DNA of 60,260 nt, counting the filler. It is 5 parts of 5 records of this genome, joined end to end, with 100 filler letters (N's around TTAATTAATTAA, not from the genome) between each part and the next. Parts side by side here need not be neighbours in the genome. Positions count along the whole stretch, not along the records: positions 45,300 to 54,142 come from DRR723986_14360; positions 54,243 to 60,260 come from DRR723986_14371; 3 more parts are not named here. One strand, written 5' to 3'. Below the pieces are notes generated by a model, which saw only the letters and a list, made by a program, of their open reading frames with translations, did not search any database and was not told the origin of the DNA. Of this stretch, positions 51,531-60,260 are shown piece by piece (position 1 is the first letter of the stretch; each line of letters opens with the position of its first letter). The translations under genes were made by a program, and so were the position numbers.

Positions 51531-51677
51531 ACTTCAGCATGTATTTTGCTGCTCATCTGTTTCCGGTCTGCTTGGTCTGTTTGACTCAGACATGTTGTAT
51601 TTCCGGCTTGGCTACGCGCTCCTCACGTGCAGGGTTTGTCGCGGCAAGTCACAGGGATTTTAATGGTGGATTAATCT

Positions 51678-53579
51678 ATGCGTGCCTGGTCTAGCGAAGA
51701 TGCAGTTGAACTGTACAATATCAATCACTGGGGCATCAACTACTTTGGTGTGAACGCCGCCGGTAATGTAACGGTGAAGCCACGCAAAGACAATGGTCCG
51801 GCCATCGACCTGCGCGAACTGCTGGCCGACCTTGTGGCGCGTGATATTCCCCTGCCTGTCCTGCTGCGTTTTGTTGATATCATCGGTGACCGCATCGCCA
51901 AAATTTGCGGTTGTTTTGAGCAGGCCGCCAAAGAGTACGAATACGAAGGTCGCTATTTTTCTGTTTATCCCATCAAGGTAAACCAGCAGCGCCACGTAGT
52001 TGAAGAAATTGTGCGTTATGGCAATCAGTTTAACATTGGGCTGGAAGCCGGCTCGCGTCCCGAACTGCAGGCCGTGCTTTCGATCATGGAAAACCCGGAA
52101 GCGCTGATTGTTTGTAATGGTTATAAGGATGCCGAATTTGTTGAGCTGGCCCTCCTCGCTCAAAAAATGGGCAAGCGCATATTCCTCGTTGTTGAAAAGT
52201 TAAACGAATTGCGCCTGATAGCACGCATCGCCAAACAAGTAAATGTTGATCCCAATATTGGTATTCGCATTAAGTTAACAAATTCAGGTGCCGGCAAGTG
52301 GGAAGAGTCCGGTGGTGATCAAAGTAAGTTTGGCTTAAACTCTGTTGAGCTGCTCGAAGCCATTGAATATGCGCGCGCCGAAGGTTTACTGGCCAGCGTA
52401 CGCATGATTCACTTTCACCTGGGAAGCCAGATTACCAACATCCGCAAGATCAAGGAAGGTCTCAAAGAAATTGCGCAGTACTATGTGCAGATGCGCGACA
52501 TGGATTGTGACGTGCAGTTTGTGGATATTGGCGGTGGACTGGGCGTCGACTACGATGGTTCGCGTTCGATAGGCCCAAGTAGTATTAACTACAGCATTCA
52601 GGAATATGCCAATGATACAGTCTACGCGTTGGCGGATGCTTGCAAAAAGAATGAACTTAAACACCCGAATATTATCAGCGAGTCCGGCCGTGCCTTAACA
52701 GCACACCACTCGGTGTTGGTGTTTAACGTTTTGGGCGCCACTACTTTGCCACAGTGGGATGACGAAAAGTTTACCGTAGAGGAAGAGGATCACGATATTG
52801 TTAAGGACCTGTACGGGATTCTGCAGGAGCTGAACGAGCGCCGTTTTCTGGAGCATTGGCATGATGCACAGGAGTTAAAAGAAGAGATTGTTAAACTTTT
52901 TGGATTGGGGCTGCTCGACTTGCGTGGCCGCGCTAAAGCTGAGCGTTTGTATTGGAGCATCGCACGCGAAATTCAGCGCTATTCCAAGCGCATGAAACAT
53001 ATGTCGCCTGAGCTGCAGTCGCTCTCACGCATTCTGGTTGACAAATATTTCTGCAATTTTTCACTGTTTCAGTCACTGCCGGACGCCTGGGCGATTGACC
53101 AGCTGTTCCCGCTTGTGCCGCTGCACCGACTTAACGAAGAGCCTACGCGTGTTGCTACCTTGCAGGACATCACCTGTGACTCGGATGGTAAAATTGACAA
53201 ATTTGTCACTACGCAGAACGACATGTCATTTCTGCCCGTGCATGCCTTAAGCGAGGACGAACCTTATTACATCGGCGCATTTTTGGTGGGCGCGTACCAG
53301 GAAATCCTGGGCGACTTACATAATTTGTTTGGTGATACAAGTGCGGTGCACGTTACGGTTAACTCCGATGACTCGTTTCAGATCGATCAGATAATTGAGG
53401 GCGAAACGGTGGCGGACGTGCTGGAGTACGTTCAGTTTGACCCTAAGACACTTGTACGCAAAATTGAAAAGTGGGTTAACGCAGCGGTTAAAGAAGGCAA
53501 AATTGCTACGCCGCAGGCCCGCGAGTTTTTGCAGATGTATCGTTCGGGTCTTTACGATTACACCTATTTGGCGACTTAA
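51678..53579 (+). CDS. speA: Biosynthetic arginine decarboxylase
   Basis: VYPIKVNQ, GLEAGS, HFHLGSQI, DIGGGLGVDYDG, DITCDSDG and GAYQEILGDLHNLFG. Confidence 0.96.
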   Translation: MRAWSSEDAVELYNINHWGINYFGVNAAGNVTVKPRKDNGPAIDLRELLADLVARDIPLPVLLRFVDIIGDRIAKICGCFEQAAKEYEYEGRYFSVYPIKVNQQRHVVEEIVRYGNQFNIGLEAGSRPELQAVLSIMENPEALIVCNGYKDAEFVELALLAQKMGKRIFLVVEKLNELRLIARIAKQVNVDPNIGIRIKLTNSGAGKWEESGGDQSKFGLNSVELLEAIEYARAEGLLASVRMIHFHLGSQITNIRKIKEGLKEIAQYYVQMRDMDCDVQFVDIGGGLGVDYDGSRSIGPSSINYSIQEYANDTVYALADACKKNELKHPNIISESGRALTAHHSVLVFNVLGATTLPQWDDEKFTVEEEDHDIVKDLYGILQELNERRFLEHWHDAQELKEEIVKLFGLGLLDLRGRAKAERLYWSIAREIQRYSKRMKHMSPELQSLSRILVDKYFCNFSLFQSLPDAWAIDQLFPLVPLHRLNEEPTRVATLQDITCDSDGKIDKFVTTQNDMSFLPVHALSEDEPYYIGAFLVGAYQEILGDLHNLFGDTSAVHVTVNSDDSFQIDQIIEGETVADVLEYVQFDPKTLVRKIEKWVNAAVKEGKIATPQAREFLQMYRSGLYDYTYLAT

Positions 53580-53824
53580 TTGTTGCGTTAAGTGCTCGAT
53601 AGCGCTATTGCCTCCCTGCAACTTAACTATCCTGGATTTTGAGCGACTTCACTGACCGCTTTGAGTCCTTTGCTCGCATGCGCTTCACTGCGGTCTCAGG
53701 CTTATTGATCTTTTTGTTTGTTGTTGAGACTCAAGACTGAAGTCTTTGGGATAATCGTTGAGGTGTTAATCTCGGAGGATTAGGGCTTGCAGTGTCAATT
53801 CTTTGAGATAGACTGAGGTGTTTG

Positions 53825-53914
53825 AGTCTTGGGTGATAGTCTTGGGTATTTGTGGATTCGCAGCTGAATCCGTGACTGAATCTGCATCTGAATCGACCGC
53901 TGTGTTCGCAGCTG
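53825..53914. repeat. Short direct repeats in a non-coding stretch
   Basis: AGTCTTGGGT twice (53825, 53838), CTGAATC three times at a 12-nt period (53864, 53876, 53888) and TTCGCAGCTG twice (53857, 53905). Confidence 0.6.
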
Positions 53915-54142
53915 TCTGGCCTTCTCTTGGCTGGAAAAAATTGATCGCAGGCGGCTGTTTTGATTTTGACTGAATTTGGATAACAACTGAGCTGAAATCC
54001 GAACATCGTTTAAACCTGATAAATGCAAGGCAAAGCGTGTGTGTGGTCCTTAATTGAGGCTGTGTGGGCTGTGGATTGGGTTTAAAGCATTTGGATTCAA
54101 AATCTAAAATTTTAACAACCGGGTCGAGCCCTTAGGGCTCGA

Positions 54143-54242
54143 NNNNNNNNNNNNNNNNNNNNNNNNNNNNNNNNNNNNNNNNNNNNTTAATTAATTAANN
54201 NNNNNNNNNNNNNNNNNNNNNNNNNNNNNNNNNNNNNNNNNN
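54143..54242. other. Artificial contig linker
   Basis: N run containing TTAATTAATTAA. Confidence 0.97.
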
Positions 54243-54638
54243 TACGACGAATATCTCGCGGTGATGGACATGACGGCAGAGTTTTACCTCTCCACCGTCG
54301 AACGCATCTTCAAAGGGCTGGAGATCGCGCAGAATCGGTTCGTCGTTGCAGGCAAAAAGGTCGATCTGGGCAAGATCACCACCGTCGCAGTAAAAACGGT
54401 CGAGGGCGGCAAGGACGATATCTCGGCCCCCGGTCAATGTGTCGCTGCGCTGCGGCTTTGCACCGGTCTGCCGGAGTCGAAGAAAGCCAACTATCTGGAA
54501 CCGAACGCCGGTCACTACGGCATCTTCGCCGGTAAAAGCTGGCGTACGAACATCCGGCCCCTGGTGCTGAACTTCATCGACGCCAATTGCGATGTGCCCA
54601 AGACCCCGGTGAGCGAAGTCACCGCCGCTGCGGAATAG
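54243..54638 (+). CDS. phaZ: Intracellular PHB depolymerase, C-terminal part
   Basis: YDEYLAVMDMTAEFYL, TVEGGKDDIS..GQ and GHYGIF.G..W. Confidence 0.88.
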   Translation, partial: YDEYLAVMDMTAEFYLSTVERIFKGLEIAQNRFVVAGKKVDLGKITTVAVKTVEGGKDDISAPGQCVAALRLCTGLPESKKANYLEPNAGHYGIFAGKSWRTNIRPLVLNFIDANCDVPKTPVSEVTAAAE

Positions 54639-54642
54639 GCCC

Positions 54643-55200
54643 ATGGCGGCAGGCGCGGATATCACCTTTGCCTGCCGCTGCGGTGCCGTTTCCGGCACCC
54701 TTCACGATGTCCGCCCGGCCGAGGGCACGCATGTGGTCTGTCATTGCCAGTCCTGCGCGCGCGCCATGACCCTGTCCGGGCTCGGGCACGAGGCCGGCAG
54801 CGGCGTCGACCTGTGGCAAACCACCCCCGACCGGATCGAGATCACGACAGGCATCGACCAGCTGACGCCGGTCCGTCTGTCGCCCAAGGGGCTGTTCCGC
54901 TGGACCGCGCAATGCTGTGACACGCCCATGTTCAACACCTTTCCCGGACCGGGCATCCCGTTTGCCGGCGTTCTGACCCGCATCCTGTCGGACCCCGCAC
55001 CGCTTGGCCCCATTATCGCCCATGGGTTCGTCACCGGCCCAAATGGCAAACAGCGCCACCAGAACGGCAGCCGGGTGATCTGGCGAATGCTGAAGCGGAC
55101 CGCTGCGGCCAAGCTCGGCGGCAAGGGCAGACAGACCCCGTTCTTCACCGCCGATGGCACCCCGATCGCCCCGCCGCAACTGGCCCCGAAGACCGATTAG
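54643..55200 (+). CDS. Cys-rich DUF6151/GFA-like zinc-binding protein
   Basis: CRCG, HVVCHCQSC, LSPKGLFRW...CCDTPMFNT. Confidence 0.65.
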   Translation: MAAGADITFACRCGAVSGTLHDVRPAEGTHVVCHCQSCARAMTLSGLGHEAGSGVDLWQTTPDRIEITTGIDQLTPVRLSPKGLFRWTAQCCDTPMFNTFPGPGIPFAGVLTRILSDPAPLGPIIAHGFVTGPNGKQRHQNGSRVIWRMLKRTAAAKLGGKGRQTPFFTADGTPIAPPQLAPKTD

Positions 55201-55898
55201 GGCGCGGCCATCCAGCGGGTCAGGTAGTCCGACACCACATCGGGCTGCTCAAGCATCGGCAAATGCCCCGAGGCGTCCAGAACCACCAGTTTCGCCCGCG
55301 GCAGGAGACCGGCCATCAACTCGTGACGGCGCGGCGTGAAGATCTGATCATGCGCCCCGCAGAGGACGAGCGTTGGCATCGACAGCCGGCGCAAGGTGCC
55401 CTGCTGATCGGGGCGACGCTGCAAGGCGCGGGAGTGAGCCTGAAACGTGTCGGGCCCTGCCCGCTCTGCCATGTCGCGCACAGTATCCAGCACCGAAGCG
55501 CGCGCGGTCCCCGGGGCCAGTGACGTCAAGGGCAGCGCTTCGGCCATTGCATCCTCCAGCCGCCCGGCCCGTGCCCGGGCGATCATCGTGTCGCGCGTTG
55601 CGGCGACGCCGGGCAATTCCGACAGGGCGTCCGTCGCGATCAGCGCCAGCCGCGACACCCCCTTGGGCGCGCGACGGGCCACTTCCATCGCCACCATGCC
55701 GCCAAGGGAATGGCCGACCAGCATGCAGCGACCGGGCAGGCTTTCCAGAACCTTCGCCGCCATTTCCCGGACCGTATCCACCCCGGACAGGGACGCGACC
55801 TGCACTGTCCGGCTTTGGCTCATCGGTTCGATCAGATCCCGAAAGATCCGCCCGTCGGACATGAATCCGGGAAGGAAAACAACAGGTTCCATCGCCAT
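55197..55898 (-). CDS. Alpha/beta hydrolase
   Basis: GHSLGG nucleophile elbow, LCGAHD and SGHLPMLEQP. Confidence 0.9.
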   Translation of the reverse strand: MAMEPVVFLPGFMSDGRIFRDLIEPMSQSRTVQVASLSGVDTVREMAAKVLESLPGRCMLVGHSLGGMVAMEVARRAPKGVSRLALIATDALSELPGVAATRDTMIARARAGRLEDAMAEALPLTSLAPGTARASVLDTVRDMAERAGPDTFQAHSRALQRRPDQQGTLRRLSMPTLVLCGAHDQIFTPRRHELMAGLLPRAKLVVLDASGHLPMLEQPDVVSDYLTRWMAAP

Positions 55899-55916
55899 CC
55901 CCTCCCCGAAACCGGC

Positions 55917-56507
55917 CTATCCGCCCTGCGCCCGCAGCGCCATCACCGTCCCGGTGGCATGTTGGGGCACCTGCCCACCCATGGCGGCCCAATGGCTGTC
56001 ACAAAAGCGGATCGCCTGCGCCAGATTGGCGGATAGGCCCGTGCCCGAAAGCTGCGCGATGCGCTGATCGCCCACCCAAAGCTCGCTTGGGCCGCCCGCC
56101 AGCAACGCGGTGATCAGCGGATCGCCCATGGAAATCACAACGCCCCAATCGCCGACCATCGCATTCCACTGAACCTGCGGAAACTGGTAGCCTGCGCCAC
56201 CGATGGAATAGATCACATCCGACAGCGTTCCGCTTGTTGGCTGGTTCGGATCCCAGACGCCCACGGCCTCGGTCATCGAAACATGGATGATATAGGGGTC
56301 ATACGGCCCGCCGCCTTCGCCGTAGGACCAATCCGCGCTCGGGTAATGGCCTGCACAGTTAAAGCTGATCGGCCCGCCATCGGTGCCGGTCCCTGCAAAG
56401 AACCAGCCTTCCGTGAAATCAGACCGCAGCCCCCAATCCTGCGCCAGGGCCGGACCGGCAAGGGTCAGTGCCACCAGCCCGGCGGTTATCGGTTTGAGAA
56501 AGCTCAT
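55917..56507 (-). CDS. Secreted hypothetical protein
   Basis: Signal peptide MSFLKPITAGLVALTLAGPALA; two Cys residues. Confidence 0.65.
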   Translation of the reverse strand: MSFLKPITAGLVALTLAGPALAQDWGLRSDFTEGWFFAGTGTDGGPISFNCAGHYPSADWSYGEGGGPYDPYIIHVSMTEAVGVWDPNQPTSGTLSDVIYSIGGAGYQFPQVQWNAMVGDWGVVISMGDPLITALLAGGPSELWVGDQRIAQLSGTGLSANLAQAIRFCDSHWAAMGGQVPQHATGTVMALRAQGG

Positions 56508-56573
56508 GAAACACCCCTGTCTGAAAATGATCTTGCGACAGAGTTGCAGAGCGCCCGCGTCAGAGCAACTGTT

Positions 56574-57626
56574 TTACATGCGCAAGGCCAGCCCGTCCGG
56601 GTCGAAAAAATGCGTCTTGTCCTCGGCGAAGCTCAGCCCGACCTGATCACCCACATGAATGACCTCTTCGCCGCCCGCGCGCACCGTCAGCTTTCCGGCC
56701 GCACCGCAATCGACCACAAGGTAGTTGTCAGCCCCCAGATACTCCACCAGATCGACCACACCATCCAAATGGCCGGTTCCGGGCTGCCCCAATGCGATGG
56801 CCTCGGGCCGGATTCCCAGATGCACGGCCCCGTCCGCCCCCGGTGCAGGGCCGCTGCGGCCCTCTTCCAGCGAAAAGGCGCCGCCGCTGACCGTGCAGGG
56901 CAGGACATTCATCTTGGGGCTGCCGATGAACTGCGCCACAAACAGATTGCCCGGCTTTTCGTAAAGTTCCCTCGGGCTGCCCACCTGCTCGATCCGGCCC
57001 GCGCTCAGCACCACGATCCGATCCGCCAGCGTCATCGCTTCCACCTGATCATGGGTTACGTAAACCATGGTAGAGGTAAGCTGATCATGCAGCTTGGCGA
57101 TCTCGTAGCGCATTTCCACACGCAGCGCCGCATCAAGATTGGACAGCGGTTCGTCGAACAGAAATGCCGTGGGATCGCGCACGATGGACCGGCCTATCGC
57201 CACCCGCTGCCGCTGCCCGCCCGACAGATCCTTGGGCCTGCGGTCCAGATACGCCTCCAGCCGCAATGCGCGCGCGGCCTCTGACACCTTCTCATCAATC
57301 TCGGCCTTCGGCGCCCCTGCGGTTTTCAGCGAGAACCCCATGTTCTCCGCCACCGACATATGCGGGTAAAGCGCATAGGACTGGAACACCATCGCCAGGC
57401 CCCGTTTCGAGGGCGGCTCGGCCGTGGCATCGCGCCCGTCGATCACCACCTGCCCACGACTGGTTTCTTCCAGCCCCGCGATCATCCGCAGCAAGGTGGA
57501 TTTCCCGCAACCCGAGGGGCCCACGAAAATAACGAACTCCCCATCGTTGATCTCCAGGTCAACGCCCTTGATGACCTGTACCTCGCCATACCATTTTTCA
57601 ACGGCTTTCAGTGTGATAGCGCCCAT
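56574..57626 (-). CDS. Sugar ABC transporter ATP-binding protein (MalK family)
   Basis: [35 protein letters not shown] and a TOBE-like C-terminus. Confidence 0.95.
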   Translation of the reverse strand: MGAITLKAVEKWYGEVQVIKGVDLEINDGEFVIFVGPSGCGKSTLLRMIAGLEETSRGQVVIDGRDATAEPPSKRGLAMVFQSYALYPHMSVAENMGFSLKTAGAPKAEIDEKVSEAARALRLEAYLDRRPKDLSGGQRQRVAIGRSIVRDPTAFLFDEPLSNLDAALRVEMRYEIAKLHDQLTSTMVYVTHDQVEAMTLADRIVVLSAGRIEQVGSPRELYEKPGNLFVAQFIGSPKMNVLPCTVSGGAFSLEEGRSGPAPGADGAVHLGIRPEAIALGQPGTGHLDGVVDLVEYLGADNYLVVDCGAAGKLTVRAGGEEVIHVGDQVGLSFAEDKTHFFDPDGLALRM

Positions 57627-57629
57627 GGC

Positions 57630-58931
57630 TCACAGCTCCTGTGCATTGGGAGAGGCCCATCCGAGCCAGATGGCCGCCGTCCAGGTGAAGGTTCCTCCTC
57701 CGGCAGGCGTCCCGTCATGAGGGTCGAAATATTCGGCAAACCCGTGCTCGGAAATCAGTCGGGCGGTGTCGCGGCGCACGCGCTCGGCCTCGGGTTTCAG
57801 ACCGGCCTCGGCCAGCCCGACGCCCACCATCATGTTCATGATCCCCCAGACCGGCCCGCGCCAATAGCGCAGCCCCTCGAACTTCGATCCCGCCGGATCG
57901 TAGCTCGGCACCGAATTGGGCGCGGCATCCAGTATCCGGTGCAGCGTGTCCAGCGGCTGGCCATCGCGCAGCCCCCCCCACCAGCCAAGGAAAGAGGCAT
58001 TGGTGACACAGCCCGCCAGCCGTCCGGTTCGCAGGTTGCGGCTGTCATAACAGGCGGTATCGGGGTTCCACAGCGTCTCGGCCCCCGCTTCCAGCCGCGC
58101 GATCCAGCCGTCGATCTCGGCCCGGTCCTCTCCCAGCACATCGGCGATCAACCCAAGGTCACGGCAACCGCGCATCAGGGTGAAGGTCAGCGTCGGGTCG
58201 GCCACGCGGAACGGGCTTTCCGCCGCGATCTTCGCGTCGTCCCACTTGCGATCCCGCCCGAACTGCACCAGCCAGATATATCGGTCGTAATCCTCTTTTG
58301 TGGGCCGCATCTTCGGGTCCACATGACCGGTGTCGCGGCGGGTATAGGGCGCTACACCCTCCGGCTCGAAACCCGCCATCGCCTCATCCCAGTCCGGTGC
58401 ATTGTCGCGCCCGGCCTCCCAGGGATGGCTGATCGCCACCGCGCCGGATTCCGCCCGCGCCGCCATGAACCAGCGGTGATAGGCCAGCAGCCGTGCATAC
58501 ATCGCGCGCAGCCGGTCCGCCCCGGCACCCGGATCCTTGCGATAGATCCGCCACGCGAAACTGGCTGCAACGGCGGGCTGGCTGATGCCAGAGGACGCAA
58601 CCCGCCCCGCGCCCTTGCCAACCGCCCCGTCCGTGCCCCAGACATCCGCGCCCGGAAAATAGCCCGGATCGGCGACGTGGAACTGGATATGCGGCACCAT
58701 GCCGTTTTCCCACTGGCCCGCCATCAGCGTTTCCAGCTCGGTCCACGCCCGGTCGATGTCAAAGGCGGCAAAGCCATAGGCGGCAAAAGCACTGTCCCAG
58801 TTCCACTGGTAGGGATAGAGCCCCGCCGTCGGCACCGTATAGCCTCCGCGATCGTTCAGTCGCAGGATCCTGCGGGCCTCGGCATCCAGTTGGTCGGCCC
58901 GCTCTATCGTCATATCGAACATACCCGTCAT
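57630..58931 (-). CDS. GH63/MGH1-like glycoside hydrolase (glucosyl-/mannosylglycerate hydrolase-like)
   Basis: YPYQWNWDSAF, WEAGRDN, YWRGPVW and FAEYFDP. Confidence 0.8.
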   Translation of the reverse strand: MTGMFDMTIERADQLDAEARRILRLNDRGGYTVPTAGLYPYQWNWDSAFAAYGFAAFDIDRAWTELETLMAGQWENGMVPHIQFHVADPGYFPGADVWGTDGAVGKGAGRVASSGISQPAVAASFAWRIYRKDPGAGADRLRAMYARLLAYHRWFMAARAESGAVAISHPWEAGRDNAPDWDEAMAGFEPEGVAPYTRRDTGHVDPKMRPTKEDYDRYIWLVQFGRDRKWDDAKIAAESPFRVADPTLTFTLMRGCRDLGLIADVLGEDRAEIDGWIARLEAGAETLWNPDTACYDSRNLRTGRLAGCVTNASFLGWWGGLRDGQPLDTLHRILDAAPNSVPSYDPAGSKFEGLRYWRGPVWGIMNMMVGVGLAEAGLKPEAERVRRDTARLISEHGFAEYFDPHDGTPAGGGTFTWTAAIWLGWASPNAQEL

Positions 58932-60142
58932 CCCTTGACAGATCCCGCGGTCAATCCGCGGGTCATGAATTTCTCCAGCCCCAGGAACAGGGCCATCACC
59001 GGCAAGGTGGCAATGACTGCCCCCGCCATCAGGTGCTGTCGCGGCACTTCCGAACTGTTCAGCATCGCCACACCCCGCGTCAGCGTGAAGCGTGACGGGT
59101 CATCCAGCAGCATGAAGGCCAGCAGGAACTCGTTCCACGCGATCATGAAGACGTATAGCGACACCGACGCCAGCGCCGGCAGCGACAGCGGCAAGGTGAT
59201 CTTCCAGATCACTTTCAGGCGGCTCAGCCCGTCCATCAGGCCCGCTTCCTCGATCTCGGACGGCAGCCCCCGGAAATAGCCCTGCAACATGTAAAGCGCG
59301 ACGGGGATCGTCGTGACCGGATAGATCATCACGATCCCAAGGATCGAATTGCGCAACCCCGTCATCGAGAAAACGATGTAGATGGGCAGCGCCAGCACGA
59401 TCATCGGCACCATGTAGATCAGCAGGATCGACCGCCCCATGGTCTTCTGTCCCTTGAAGCGCAGCCGGGCCACCGCGTAGGCGCCGGGAATGCTGAAGGC
59501 CAACGTGATGAAGACAGTCAGGACCGAAACGAAAAAGCTCGTCCACATGTAGCGGCCAAAATTGAAATCGCGGAACAGTTCCACATAGGACCGGAACAGC
59601 CCCCACCCCTGGCTGAGGTCGATGGTGAAATCGAGCGGATTGGCAATCAACTCGCCCTGGCTCTTCAGGCTGGTCATGACCATGACATAGAACGGAATGG
59701 CGACAATCGCGGTGAAGAACACATAGCCAAAGCCCGACAGGAACCGGATCTCCGCCTCCTCGAACTCGTGCCGGGTCATCGCCCCGGCGGGGCTTTCGGC
59801 CAGCATATTGGACAGCGGCCAGCCTGTGAAAAGGCCGAACATCGCACCGGCCAGCAGTTTCAAGGCCGTCTCTGTGTCACCACCGAACTGAACCGGTGCA
59901 ACCGGCGTAAAGCCAAGACCGACACCCAGCGCCGCGCCCAGACCAATCAAAACGAGCGCACCGGGCTGGCGCAGACCGGCAAGCCCCAGCACCGCGCCGC
60001 TGATCCCGACGCCGATCAGCCCCGGCCGAAACGCCCCGCCGGTGGTGAAGGACAAAAGCACCGCAACCGAAACCGCAATCACGAAGGCCCAGAGGATTCC
60101 CACCTGCGGCCCGACGAAGGCCCCATGCCACAACCGGCTCAT
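58928..60142 (-). CDS. Carbohydrate ABC permease with N-terminal membrane extension
   Basis: EAA motif EIEEAGLMDG, WNEFL and C-terminal GLTAGSVKG; SD AAGGAGG before ATG 60142. Confidence 0.9.
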   Translation of the reverse strand: MSRLWHGAFVGPQVGILWAFVIAVSVAVLLSFTTGGAFRPGLIGVGISGAVLGLAGLRQPGALVLIGLGAALGVGLGFTPVAPVQFGGDTETALKLLAGAMFGLFTGWPLSNMLAESPAGAMTRHEFEEAEIRFLSGFGYVFFTAIVAIPFYVMVMTSLKSQGELIANPLDFTIDLSQGWGLFRSYVELFRDFNFGRYMWTSFFVSVLTVFITLAFSIPGAYAVARLRFKGQKTMGRSILLIYMVPMIVLALPIYIVFSMTGLRNSILGIVMIYPVTTIPVALYMLQGYFRGLPSEIEEAGLMDGLSRLKVIWKITLPLSLPALASVSLYVFMIAWNEFLLAFMLLDDPSRFTLTRGVAMLNSSEVPRQHLMAGAVIATLPVMALFLGLEKFMTRGLTAGSVKG

Positions 60143-60153
60143 TGCCCCGCCTC

Positions 60154-60241
60154 CTTCTTCTTGGTCCAAATACTCCGGGGGGGGGCGCCGCAGGCGGCGG
60201 GGGGCAGCGCCCCCCATTGCGCGGCCCGGCACGGGCCGCGC
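60154..60241. repeat. Rhodobacteraceae-type REP-like palindromic element
   Basis: CTTCTTGGTCCAAATACTCC-G9...GGGGGGCAGCGCCCCCC plus hairpin GCGCGGCCC-N5-GGGCCGCGC. It resembles intergenic repeats I recall from roseobacter genomes. Confidence 0.55.
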
Positions 60242-60260
60242 GGGTCGACGCCGAAGGCGG

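Noticed and set aside
53731-54028. Small minus-strand ORFs (91 and 77 aa), or a CRISPR array, in the repeat-rich region
   Set aside because: The ORFs are low-complexity with no motifs. The repeats are 7-10 nt with no repeat-spacer periodicity, and no cas genes are present.
57360-59279. 639-aa plus-strand ORF
   Set aside because: Antisense shadow across three well-supported minus-strand genes.

Overview
The window is five unrelated contigs joined by 100-nt N-linkers that carry TTAATTAATTAA (12114-12213, 18230-18329, 45200-45299, 54143-54242), so gene neighbourhood means nothing across the linkers. Contig 1 (1-12113, Rhodobacteraceae-like) holds a malonate locus (matR, matPQM TRAP, matA, partial matB), a TAXI-TRAP pair, a possible tRNA-Val att remnant, ridA, rluE, a DMT transporter and partial mnmA. 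Contig 2 (12214-18229, Rhodobacteraceae-like) holds partial rpoH2, chaN-like, coaBC, dut, a membrane-anchored moeB-like gene and partial dcp. Contig 3 (18330-45199, Hyphomonadaceae/Caulobacterales-like) holds housekeeping genes, sciP, a stripped-down flagellar-derived module (mini-fliF, fliG, short fliH/flbE, fliN, degenerate flhF, flhG), ctrA, recR, two TonB-dependent receptors (one frameshifted), queCED and partial gyrB. Contig 4 (45300-54142, probably FCB group) holds pyrD, ftsW, murD, an outer-membrane barrel, fur, ahpC, speA and a repeat-rich non-coding end. Contig 5 (54243-60260, Rhodobacteraceae-like) holds partial phaZ, hydrolases and a sugar ABC/GH63-like operon. The best candidate for a new system is the CtrA-box-led, translationally coupled C-ring module. 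It has a precisely trimmed 220-aa FliF and a probable pseudo-GTPase FlhF, and it sits between sciP and ctrA. Taxonomic and family calls rest on motif recognition only; no database searches were run.
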